A DNA stretch of 64,000 nucleotides from Clostridia bacterium (GTDB taxonomy: Bacteria > Bacillota > Clostridia > Oscillospirales > Acutalibacteraceae), in assembly GCA_017409265.1 (NCBI GenBank), contig JAFQSY010000089.1:5128-69127 (forward strand), read 5' to 3'. Positions 50,990 through 59,313 of the stretch are shown here, piece by piece. Positions within the stretch are counted from its first letter, which is position 1, and each line of letters begins with the position of its first letter. The translations under genes and the position numbers were made by a program. The notes beneath the pieces are model-generated. The model made no database searches. It saw only the letters and a program-made list of their open reading frames with translations, and had not been told where the DNA came from.

Positions 50990-52168
50990 TTAATAATTTT
51001 CTTTTCTGACTTCGAAGTAAGCCTGGGGATGAGCGCATACGGGACAAACCTCAGGAGCCTTCTTGCCCATTACAAGGTGACCGCAGTTACGGCATTCCCA
51101 CATTGTTTCTTCGGCCTTTTCAAAGACCTTCTGCATTTCTACATTGTTAAGAAGAGCGCGGTATCTCTCTTCATGGGTCTTTTCGATAGCTGCTACCATA
51201 CGGAATTTCTCTGCAAGCTCTGTGAAGCCTTCTTCATCTGCTTCCTTTGCAAATGTTGCGTACATATCTGTCCACTCATAGTTTTCGCCTTCAGCCGCAT
51301 GGAGAAGATTCTGTGCGGTATCACCAAGCTCACCGAGAGCCTTAAACCACATTTTTGCGTGTTCTTTTTCATTGTTTGCAGTTTCAGTAAAGATAGCCGA
51401 AATCTGCTCATAGCCTTCTTTCTTTGCTACCGATGCAAAATAGGTATACTTGTTTCTTGCCTGTGACTCACCTGCAAAGGCTTCCATAAGGTTTTTCTCT
51501 GTTTTTGTTCCTTTAAGATTCATTGTATTCTCTCCTTTATTTGAACTTTCCTCAACTGCTTCAACTCTTTCAAAATCAGAAGCAGGATGTTTACAAAGCG
51601 GGCAGATAAAGTCTGCGGGAAGCTCGTCGCCCTCATAGATATAACCGCAGATTTTACAGCGATAATATACCTTTACATTTTTCTTGGCTTCGGGCTTTGG
51701 TTTGATATATTTATGGTAATAGTCATAGGTAACGCTTGTTGCATCTGAAAGAACCTCACAATCAGTTACATCTGCAAGGAAAAGAGTGTGAGTGCCGAGG
51801 TCTGTTGCAGAAACAACCTTTGCGGAGATATAAGCGTTTGTATATTCTGAAACATAGTTAATTCCATTGTCACTTTTTGCAACTGCGCTGAAATCAGCAA
51901 ATTTGTCAACATCCTTACCACTTCTGAAACCAAATGATTTGAAAACATCAAAAGGCACCTCGGTTGTGAGAATACTGACATTAAATTCACCTGTTGCAAG
52001 CACCATATCATGAGTTTTATTCGCCTTATTAACGGCAACAGTAATCCTGTTGGGGTCTGATGTTACCTGCGACACGGTATTGATGATACAGCCGTTATCA
52101 AACCCGTTTTCACGGGCGGTGAGAACATAAAGACCGTAGCCAATTTTAAACATAGCTGTTAAATTCAC
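50990..52168 (-). CDS. Flavin reductase-rubredoxin-rubrerythrin fusion
   Basis: GYGLYVL/NGCIINT/GTHTLF flavin reductase; CKICGY..CPLC rubredoxin; [29 protein letters not shown] rubrerythrin; GTG start after GAGGTG. Confidence 0.85.
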   Translation of the reverse strand: MNLTAMFKIGYGLYVLTARENGFDNGCIINTVSQVTSDPNRITVAVNKANKTHDMVLATGEFNVSILTTEVPFDVFKSFGFRSGKDVDKFADFSAVAKSDNGINYVSEYTNAYISAKVVSATDLGTHTLFLADVTDCEVLSDATSVTYDYYHKYIKPKPEAKKNVKVYYRCKICGYIYEGDELPADFICPLCKHPASDFERVEAVEESSNKGENTMNLKGTKTEKNLMEAFAGESQARNKYTYFASVAKKEGYEQISAIFTETANNEKEHAKMWFKALGELGDTAQNLLHAAEGENYEWTDMYATFAKEADEEGFTELAEKFRMVAAIEKTHEERYRALLNNVEMQKVFEKAEETMWECRNCGHLVMGKKAPEVCPVCAHPQAYFEVRKENY

Positions 52169-52237
52169 AATATCACCTCTCAATAAAAATATTACATTAT
52201 AAATTTTTAGTTGTCAATAAAATTTAATGTTATTTTT

Positions 52238-53257
52238 TCAGGCAAAGCACTCGGTTATTCTGATGTTTTCGCCTTCAACGAAATATTTTTCTTTTGCAGC
52301 TTCAGGCATGAGAAAATAATCGCCTTTTTTTACGCTTTTCTCATATCCGTCACCGGCTATTCTGCCGCTACCCTCGGTTACAACATAAACTGCAGCACCC
52401 TTATCCAGAATAAAGCTGCCGTTATTGAGAGTTACCGTTCTGACATTAAAGCTGGTTGTTATACTTTCGTCAATCATTGCCTCGTATTTAACACCGCTTT
52501 CATTTTTTATGAGTTTCGGCTCAAGCGGTGCAGGATATCTTTTATCCATATCAAAGCATTCAAGAGCATTCTCACGGTTAAGACCAAGATACATCTCCCT
52601 GTCGGAAAGCTTATATTCGCCGCAGAAGTGCTCGGGCTGAATGGTAAAATCCGTCGGCTCCTGCACCTCTAAAAGCAGGCATCCGCTGCCGATCGCATGC
52701 ACCATTTTTGCAGGAATATAAATTACATCCCCTGCTTTTACATCAATCGTACAGAGCAGATTTTCCATGGCATCGGAGCCGGTTTCGCTTGCATCAATTG
52801 CGGCAGAAAAGTCTTCAAGCGTAACGCCGTCTTTAAAGCCGTAAAAAATCTTTGCGCCCGGTCTTGTTGCAAGGATAATCCAGCTTTCTTCTTTTCCGTA
52901 TTTTGAAGAAAAATATTTTTCCGAAAAAGCCTTGTCGGGGTGCGCCTGAACAGGCAATCTTATTGCCGAATCAAGGATTTTTGTTAAGATTCCGATATCT
53001 TCTCTTTCACCGAGAATTTCGGTTTTATATTTTTCGGTTGCATCGTTTAAATAGAGGTCTGTCCCTTTTATTTTTGAAACGCCTTCATATTCATCCGTGC
53101 TGCCCTCGTTGAGAGCCTTGACACTTGATGCAACCCACTCTTCGGGATAATAGCCGTCGGTTGAATCGTCGCCGAAAAACTCCGAAAAGAGCTTTCCGCC
53201 CGTATATATTCTGAACACTCTGTTTTTCTCAAAGAAAATAGGTTCATTGTAAAACAT
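52238..53257 (-). CDS. Class I mannose-6-phosphate isomerase-like cupin
   Basis: EEW, TKILDS..RLPVQAHPD, GKEESW, HAIG, LEVQEPTD. Confidence 0.8.
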   Translation of the reverse strand: MFYNEPIFFEKNRVFRIYTGGKLFSEFFGDDSTDGYYPEEWVASSVKALNEGSTDEYEGVSKIKGTDLYLNDATEKYKTEILGEREDIGILTKILDSAIRLPVQAHPDKAFSEKYFSSKYGKEESWIILATRPGAKIFYGFKDGVTLEDFSAAIDASETGSDAMENLLCTIDVKAGDVIYIPAKMVHAIGSGCLLLEVQEPTDFTIQPEHFCGEYKLSDREMYLGLNRENALECFDMDKRYPAPLEPKLIKNESGVKYEAMIDESITTSFNVRTVTLNNGSFILDKGAAVYVVTEGSGRIAGDGYEKSVKKGDYFLMPEAAKEKYFVEGENIRITECFA

Positions 53258-53260
53258 AAA

Positions 53261-54553
53261 TCAGTTCTCCCTATATTTTATCATTCGGCATGCTTCGGAT
53301 ATATTTTCATAACATCCGCAGGCAACGGATGCCGCCAAAGCTGCACCGTAAGACGCCTCCTCAGCATAAAACGGAATTTTTATTTCACAACCGAACATTT
53401 CAGAAACAATTTTTCTCAATGCTGCATTCTTTCTGATACCGTTACCCGAACATACAAGCTCTTTTGCGCTTTTGCCGCCGTTTTTATACATCAGATAAAG
53501 CTCATCGGACATTCCGCAGAGAACGGAATATGCCAGATCTGCAGCGGTGAAATTATCCTCGGAAATATTGCAGATTGAGCCTCTTACAGATGGGTCATTT
53601 CTCGTTCCGCAGAAGCGGCAATCAGCAGAAATAGTTGTTTCAGTTTTATACTCAAGAATTTTATCAATCTGCGGGTACATTGAATCAACGTTATTTCCCG
53701 CAAGACTGGCAATCTCCCTGAACAGCTTTTCAAGCATTGCGAAGGCTCTTCCTCCACAAAGGGCGCAACCTGCCGCAAGGAAACGCTTGCCGTCAAACGG
53801 TCTGTTCTCGACTCCGTCTGCATTGACGGGAGTATCTGTCAACCACGAAATCTGTGAGCCTGTACCTACATTTATAAGTGCATCATCCGAATCTGAAACA
53901 GAACCGATGAAACTTGCCTGATTATCGCCAAGTGCAACACAAACGGGAATGCCTTTATATTCCCCTGCCGCTATAAAATCGGACGTTACATCGGGTAATC
54001 TCGGATTATCAATTGTAAAACAGTTTTTCTCAATGTCAAAGCAACCGAGACTTGCAGCATTAGTGATATGAACAACGGGTTTTTTAAGCCCGCAAAGCTG
54101 CATTACGGCATAATCGGCGATTGTGCACAGATATTTTGCGTTTCCGGGAACAATGCCGTTATTTTCATTATAGAAATCGGTTGCAAGTCCGTAACCTGCA
54201 AAACATCCGAGATGCTCCGCATAAGATTTGCCGTCTTTATAAATCTGAGCCGCACGTTCATCCTGCCATATATAAAGCGGACTGACTGCATTTCCGTTTT
54301 CGTCGGTATAAACGATACCGTGCATCTGACCTGAAAAACCGATTGCAGATGCATCTTCGCAGTTAAGCTCCGAAAGAATGGCATTCACACCCTGCATTAT
54401 TGCTTCGGTATTCTGAATTTTCTCATATCTGTTTTCGGTCTTTATAAAAGAATTGTTGGGTTTTGTCAGAGATTTAAGAATATCTCCGCTGACGGTATCA
54501 ACGGCAACTCCGCAAATACTTGTTGTTCCGATATCAATTCCGATAATTTTCAT
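53261..54553 (-). CDS. FGGY carbohydrate kinase, sedoheptulokinase-like
   Basis: GIDIGTTS, GFSGQMHG, WQDER, LGDNQAS, NVGTGSQ, LCGG, SGNGIRKN. Confidence 0.75.
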   Translation of the reverse strand: MKIIGIDIGTTSICGVAVDTVSGDILKSLTKPNNSFIKTENRYEKIQNTEAIMQGVNAILSELNCEDASAIGFSGQMHGIVYTDENGNAVSPLYIWQDERAAQIYKDGKSYAEHLGCFAGYGLATDFYNENNGIVPGNAKYLCTIADYAVMQLCGLKKPVVHITNAASLGCFDIEKNCFTIDNPRLPDVTSDFIAAGEYKGIPVCVALGDNQASFIGSVSDSDDALINVGTGSQISWLTDTPVNADGVENRPFDGKRFLAAGCALCGGRAFAMLEKLFREIASLAGNNVDSMYPQIDKILEYKTETTISADCRFCGTRNDPSVRGSICNISEDNFTAADLAYSVLCGMSDELYLMYKNGGKSAKELVCSGNGIRKNAALRKIVSEMFGCEIKIPFYAEEASYGAALAASVACGCYENISEACRMIKYREN

Positions 54554-54562
54554 ATTGACTCC

Positions 54563-56887
54563 TTATGCTATCGCTGCGGATTTCGGGTCAAGACGGGTTA
54601 TGATATCCTGCTGAATTGCAGGCGAAAGATCAAGGAAATTAACGAAAGTTCCGTGGATTCTCATGATATAAACGCCGCTCGGAGCATATTTCTTGGGATT
54701 TGCAAGCACCTTGCGGAGAATTTCCGCAGTTGTGACATTAACATAGAGATAGAAGGGTGAAACACCGTCTTTCATAGGATTAAAGAACAACGGATTGATA
54801 ACCTTATCCCTGAATTCAACGCCCTTGCCCTCATCGGTTTCGGACATGAAATATTTAGGGTCTATGCCGAGATGCGATGCATAACCGCCGTTCATCTTTT
54901 CAAACGGCATCTGCATATTTGAAAGCATACGGAAACCGAGTCCGTTTTCTGCGCTGCCGTAAAGAGGGTCAACACCGTAGCCGAGCATATCTCTCGACTT
55001 TCTGCCGTCAGGTGTTGCACCAACCCAATAGCCGTAAAGAAGGTGTGTTGAGGGTGAACTGAAATCAGGACGGAATGAATTGCCGAGATAATTCTTTGTT
55101 GATGAAACGATATCAGCAACCTTTGATGCAATTTCGCCTGCTTCTTTATCAACCTTTTCAATATTGTTTCCGAATTTATCGGCTGTAAGAAGAAATTCTC
55201 TCAAATCCTCATAGCCCTTGAAATCTGACTTTATGGCATCAACGAGCTTGTCAGCATCTTGCGGTCTTTCGGCAAGAAGCTTATCAATGGCTGAAAAGCT
55301 GTCGGCAATAACGGATACACCGTGAATAAGACAGCCGCTGCCGTTATATTTTGTTCCCTGTGCATGGATATCACGCGCATCTATTCCGTTTTCAAGACCT
55401 CCCATAAGGCATGAAAGGAAGGGAACTCGCTGAGTAGAAAGTGCGGCTGATGCGCCGTTTGCAGCCTCACCCATTGCGGAAACAAACTTTTCAACATTCT
55501 TCCAGAACTCTTCTCTGACATTTTCAAGTCTGCATGCATCAACATCAACAAGCTTTTCGCCGGTAATCGCAGAAACGCCGCCCGTAAGTGTCATTTCAAG
55601 AATCTTGGGAAGATTAAGCCAGCTGTTGGTGGTGTTGCCGTTATCCTTACCCATAATCAGCGGTTCCTGACAGCCTGCGATTGAAATATCCGCAAGGTCA
55701 TCATCGTCAACACCTTTTGACGAAAGCACGCTGTAAAGCGAATCATCATTGAAGAATGACGGCGTAAGAACACCGGGGGTAAACAGGAATCTTCCCATTT
55801 CTTCATAAAGCTTTGCAGGTGTGTTTTTGTGAAGCTTTACGGAAAGAATGGGCTGGGGTAAATTCATATCGTAATACGCATCCATAAGTGCGTAGGTTGT
55901 GTCATTTGTAAGGTCATTACCGCAAAGGTCGCGTCCGCTGACAATAATATTCTGTGAAATTGCCCAGCTTCTGTCTGCAACATTGAAGAAAACGAGAAAA
56001 TGCTTGAGAAGAGCAGCGGTTGTATCTCGGTCAAGACCGTTTCTGTAAGGCTCGAAAATTCTGTCAGCATTGCCGACGGAAAATGCAAAGGGATTGGGAG
56101 TCTGCTCAAGGCACATAATCTGCCACATGATGATAAATGCCTGGATTGCTTCGAAAAGATTTTCAGCACCGTTTTCGGGCACCTTGCGAAGAGTCTTTTC
56201 CATTATCTCAAGCTGTGATTTTCTTTCTTCCGATGCACCGTTCATTTTTCCCTTTGCAAGGTCTGCATAACGGTTTGCAAGAATCGAAGCAGATTCAAGA
56301 GCAATCGCAAAAGCCTTGTATCCGTTGCCTTCCTTACCTTCGGTTTTCTTTATCATTTCCTTTGTGCCGTATTTGATTGCATAGCGCATGTCGGGAATAA
56401 GATGCCCCGTAACCTGTTCAAAGAAAAAGATAACCTCTTTGGTGTAGCATTCGGCTTTTTCATACACCTCACCAAGCTTTACGGCATATTCGGTTTCTGC
56501 AAACTCTGCTCTCGCTTTTTCAATTCTTTCTGTCGTAATTTCTTCATTGGGCTCAATATCGGAGAAAACAGCCGCAGGGTCGCAGTATCCGCTAAATTCC
56601 TCAACTTTAAATGAGGGGTTGATGAGCGCATAGCTTCTGGCAAATGCATCATCCTGCGTACCTGCAAAAATCTGATAATCGCTCAAATAAATCGGCATAG
56701 TTTTAACAATTTCTCTCAAAACCAGAGCCTTTTTAACCTCTTCATTTTCTCCCTCATATTTTTTTGAAAGCTCAAGCTCCTTTTCTTTTGCAAGAAACCA
56801 GCCATCAAGGCGCATTCCCGCTCTTTTTTCTGCAAAAAGAGACTTTGCCATTTCGGTTATTTTCTGACTGTTGAGAATAGTATTCAT
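54563..56887 (-). CDS. Divergent glycyl radical enzyme (PFL superfamily) of unknown reaction
   Basis: 774 aa; GH.IPD, VP..GA..L.EA.Q, S.G..D, QP..SV, NDD, GCQEP, KFGN, ATPDGRK; C-terminal Gly loop MRIHGTFVNF..L....Q.DII.R; adjacent activase. Confidence 0.88.
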   Translation of the reverse strand: MNTILNSQKITEMAKSLFAEKRAGMRLDGWFLAKEKELELSKKYEGENEEVKKALVLREIVKTMPIYLSDYQIFAGTQDDAFARSYALINPSFKVEEFSGYCDPAAVFSDIEPNEEITTERIEKARAEFAETEYAVKLGEVYEKAECYTKEVIFFFEQVTGHLIPDMRYAIKYGTKEMIKKTEGKEGNGYKAFAIALESASILANRYADLAKGKMNGASEERKSQLEIMEKTLRKVPENGAENLFEAIQAFIIMWQIMCLEQTPNPFAFSVGNADRIFEPYRNGLDRDTTAALLKHFLVFFNVADRSWAISQNIIVSGRDLCGNDLTNDTTYALMDAYYDMNLPQPILSVKLHKNTPAKLYEEMGRFLFTPGVLTPSFFNDDSLYSVLSSKGVDDDDLADISIAGCQEPLIMGKDNGNTTNSWLNLPKILEMTLTGGVSAITGEKLVDVDACRLENVREEFWKNVEKFVSAMGEAANGASAALSTQRVPFLSCLMGGLENGIDARDIHAQGTKYNGSGCLIHGVSVIADSFSAIDKLLAERPQDADKLVDAIKSDFKGYEDLREFLLTADKFGNNIEKVDKEAGEIASKVADIVSSTKNYLGNSFRPDFSSPSTHLLYGYWVGATPDGRKSRDMLGYGVDPLYGSAENGLGFRMLSNMQMPFEKMNGGYASHLGIDPKYFMSETDEGKGVEFRDKVINPLFFNPMKDGVSPFYLYVNVTTAEILRKVLANPKKYAPSGVYIMRIHGTFVNFLDLSPAIQQDIITRLDPKSAAIA

Positions 56888-56899
56888 ATCATTTTCTCC

Positions 56900-57604
56900 T
56901 TATGTAACAACGGTTTTCATGCCGTGATTTTCAAATATCTTCTTAAATTCATTTATTGTTTCGGAATTTACAAATCCGTTTTCAATCTCATATTTCCCCT
57001 GCCACTTATCCTTGCCGTATTCGTGATATGCAAGAAATTCAAAAACAACGTTTGAAGTATCAAACCGACTGAAATAATCAGCAAAGCCCCGCGGGTCATT
57101 ATTGACACCGTTAATAACGGGAATCCTTATATGAATCTGTCTGCCGGTTGAAAAGAAATATTCAATGTTTTCTTTAGTACTTTTATTTGATGTACCAACC
57201 CACTTCTTATGCTCCGTTTCATCATAATGCTTCAAATCAACAATAAGATAATCGACATGTTCCGAAATCTCTTTCAACGCCGAATATGAGCCGTTGGTTT
57301 CGATTGCGGTATGGATTCCGTTTTCCTTGAGCATTTTCAAAAGTTCAAGCAATTCATCAGCCTGAACACAGACTTCACCGCCCGTAAAGGTTACACCACC
57401 GCCGTCAAAAAACATCATTCGGCTTCGCATGATTTCATCGAAAATTTCATCGACTGAGTAATCCTTCGCCTTTGAATTTTCAAGAGGAATACTGTCGGCA
57501 TTTGAGCACCATTTGCACGAAAAATTGCAACCCTGAAGATGATAAACAAGGCGGTTTCCGGGCCCATCCTGCGAATAATTAAAGCCCTTTTGCAGTATCT
57601 TCAA
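56900..57604 (-). CDS. Glycyl-radical activating enzyme (short radical SAM, no ferredoxin insert)
   Basis: DGPGNR, GCNFSCKWC, GGVTFTGGE, ETNG, DLK, RIP.I.G.N, YH.YG; TTG start after GGGAGG. Confidence 0.9.
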   Translation of the reverse strand: MKILQKGFNYSQDGPGNRLVYHLQGCNFSCKWCSNADSIPLENSKAKDYSVDEIFDEIMRSRMMFFDGGGVTFTGGEVCVQADELLELLKMLKENGIHTAIETNGSYSALKEISEHVDYLIVDLKHYDETEHKKWVGTSNKSTKENIEYFFSTGRQIHIRIPVINGVNNDPRGFADYFSRFDTSNVVFEFLAYHEYGKDKWQGKYEIENGFVNSETINEFKKIFENHGMKTVVT

Positions 57605-57638
57605 GCTATCCCTCCCAAGCAGAACTTCAACAAAGTAG

Positions 57639-57667
57639 ATTTTACCCTTTTTGTGCATAACTGTCAA
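57639..57667 (-). promoter_or_regulatory. sigma-A promoter of the GRE operon
   Basis: TTGACA-17 bp-TAAAAT on the minus strand, about 35 nt before the activase start. Confidence 0.65.
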
Positions 57668-57776
57668 TAATAAATATTAAAATTAAATAAAACTAATAAA
57701 TTTGATGAAATGATTGAAATAATCTAAAGAATATGATAGAATAATTAAAATTATATCGTGGATTGGAATGAGTTAA

Positions 57777-58454
57777 ATTAACTTTCTGCTTTTTGATACA
57801 CTTGATTCAACCAGCACTTATGCAAAGCAAAACCTTGCATCACTCCCCTTACCTTCGCTGATAATCGCAAATGAGCAGACCGCCGGAAGAGGAAGACGCG
57901 GCAACAGCTTTTTTTCACCCAAAGATACAGGGCTGTATATGACGCTTGTCTTTGATGCTCCCGATAATTGTGAATTACTTACTCCCGCTGCAGCTGTTGC
58001 TGTATGCAAGGTTTTGGAAAAGCGCGGAATACATCCAAAAATAAAATGGGTAAACGACCTGTTTCTTGACGGACATAAGGTATGCGGTATCCTTTCGGAA
58101 AGATTCGTTGTTGGCGAAAAAAATATTGTTTCAATCGGAATCGGAATAAACCTTACAACATCGTTTTTTCCGAACGAACTGAAAATTGCAGGCAGTATAA
58201 ACCTTGAATGCGACAAAAAAATCCTCGCAGAAGAAATTGCAAACGCATTGCTTTGTGAAATAAAAGAAAAATCAATTGTTTCGGAGTACAAAAAAAGACT
58301 TTTCATAATTGGGAAAAATATAATTTTCTCAAAAAACAATATTGAATATTACGCAAAAGCAGTAGATATCAATGGAAACTGCAATCTGATTGCAGAACTT
58401 CCCGATGGCAGACTTGAAACATTGTCATCGGGCGAAATTTCAATAAGAATATGA
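57777..58454 (+). CDS. birA: Biotin--protein ligase (no HTH domain), start codon uncertain
   Basis: The frame extends upstream of the called ORF as DTLDSTS...ANEQTAGRGRRGNSFFSP..GLYM; IKWVND, KVCGIL, GIGINL, LSSGEI. Confidence 0.85.
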   Translation: MNFLLFDTLDSTSTYAKQNLASLPLPSLIIANEQTAGRGRRGNSFFSPKDTGLYMTLVFDAPDNCELLTPAAAVAVCKVLEKRGIHPKIKWVNDLFLDGHKVCGILSERFVVGEKNIVSIGIGINLTTSFFPNELKIAGSINLECDKKILAEEIANALLCEIKEKSIVSEYKKRLFIIGKNIIFSKNNIEYYAKAVDINGNCNLIAELPDGRLETLSSGEISIRI

Positions 58455-58455
58455 G

Positions 58456-59301
58456 GTGTTTACCATAAAAAACAAGATTAAGATTTTGTCTGCTGTTATC
58501 CTTGTGATAAGTTCAGCGGCAACAATTTTTACCGCGTGCGATACAAATCAACAGGAAATCCCTGATGAAACGGTTATTGGAACAAAAGGCGAAATTCTCG
58601 GCGTTTCATATTATACTGTTGAAAACGAGTCGGAAACATATACGGTTCTGTATAAAATCACTACAAAAAATAACAGAGAAGGCAAGACAGAGATTCCTGA
58701 AAAAAGAAAAACGGCAACTGTCGTTTCTGTAACGGAGCAGACAAATTCTGTTGTTACACAGACGGACAGCAAAGGAAACGTTGTCACCGAAAAATCCACA
58801 AGGGCAAGACCTACATTTCCGCAGATAGCAGAAGAAAAAACAAGCCGCAAGGCTTCACAGTTTTCAGACAGCACAACCAAGATGGGACATATTCCAATTC
58901 CGTTTGTTCCGCCAACAGAAAAAGCAACCCAAAAGCCCATAACAACCGTGAAGCAGACAAAACCCGCGACAAGCGATTCTCAAAGTTCGGTTTCAAGCGA
59001 AAAAATCCAGGAGATTTCCGACGGCGTAAACATTGTTTTCAAAAGTAATACCGTTAAAAAAGGAGACACGGCTTCAATAATGATTCAAGGCACACCGGGC
59101 AAAAAATACAGCATCAATTTTAACGTTAATTCTACAACTGTTGCCGATTATTCCGATCTCGCAGACCAAACGGCTGATGAAAACGGATTCGTAACATGGT
59201 CATTCATAATACCGTCAAACTGCGAATCAGGCAACAAAAAAATCGTTATTAAAGAAAATGGTTCAAATAACTATGCGCAAACTTCGATAAATATTAGATA
59301 A
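58456..59301 (+). CDS. Lipoprotein with Thr/Ser/Lys-rich linker and C-terminal Ig-like domain
   Basis: Lipobox FTAC; low-complexity middle; ADENGFVTWSF. Confidence 0.65.
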   Translation: MFTIKNKIKILSAVILVISSAATIFTACDTNQQEIPDETVIGTKGEILGVSYYTVENESETYTVLYKITTKNNREGKTEIPEKRKTATVVSVTEQTNSVVTQTDSKGNVVTEKSTRARPTFPQIAEEKTSRKASQFSDSTTKMGHIPIPFVPPTEKATQKPITTVKQTKPATSDSQSSVSSEKIQEISDGVNIVFKSNTVKKGDTASIMIQGTPGKKYSINFNVNSTTVADYSDLADQTADENGFVTWSFIIPSNCESGNKKIVIKENGSNNYAQTSINIR

Positions 59302-59313
59302 GGAGATATTGAA

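Noticed and set aside
52186-52205. PerR/Fur box upstream of the rubrerythrin fusion
   Set aside because: Only a half-site TTATAAT in very AT-rich DNA; not distinguishable from chance
54563-56887. Annotation as pyruvate formate-lyase (pflB)
   Set aside because: Lacks the adjacent Cys-Cys pair and the RVSGY loop of PFL
57605-57667. N-terminal extension of the activase ORF
   Set aside because: The called TTG is the -35 box itself; the SD-preceded TTG at 57604 fits better
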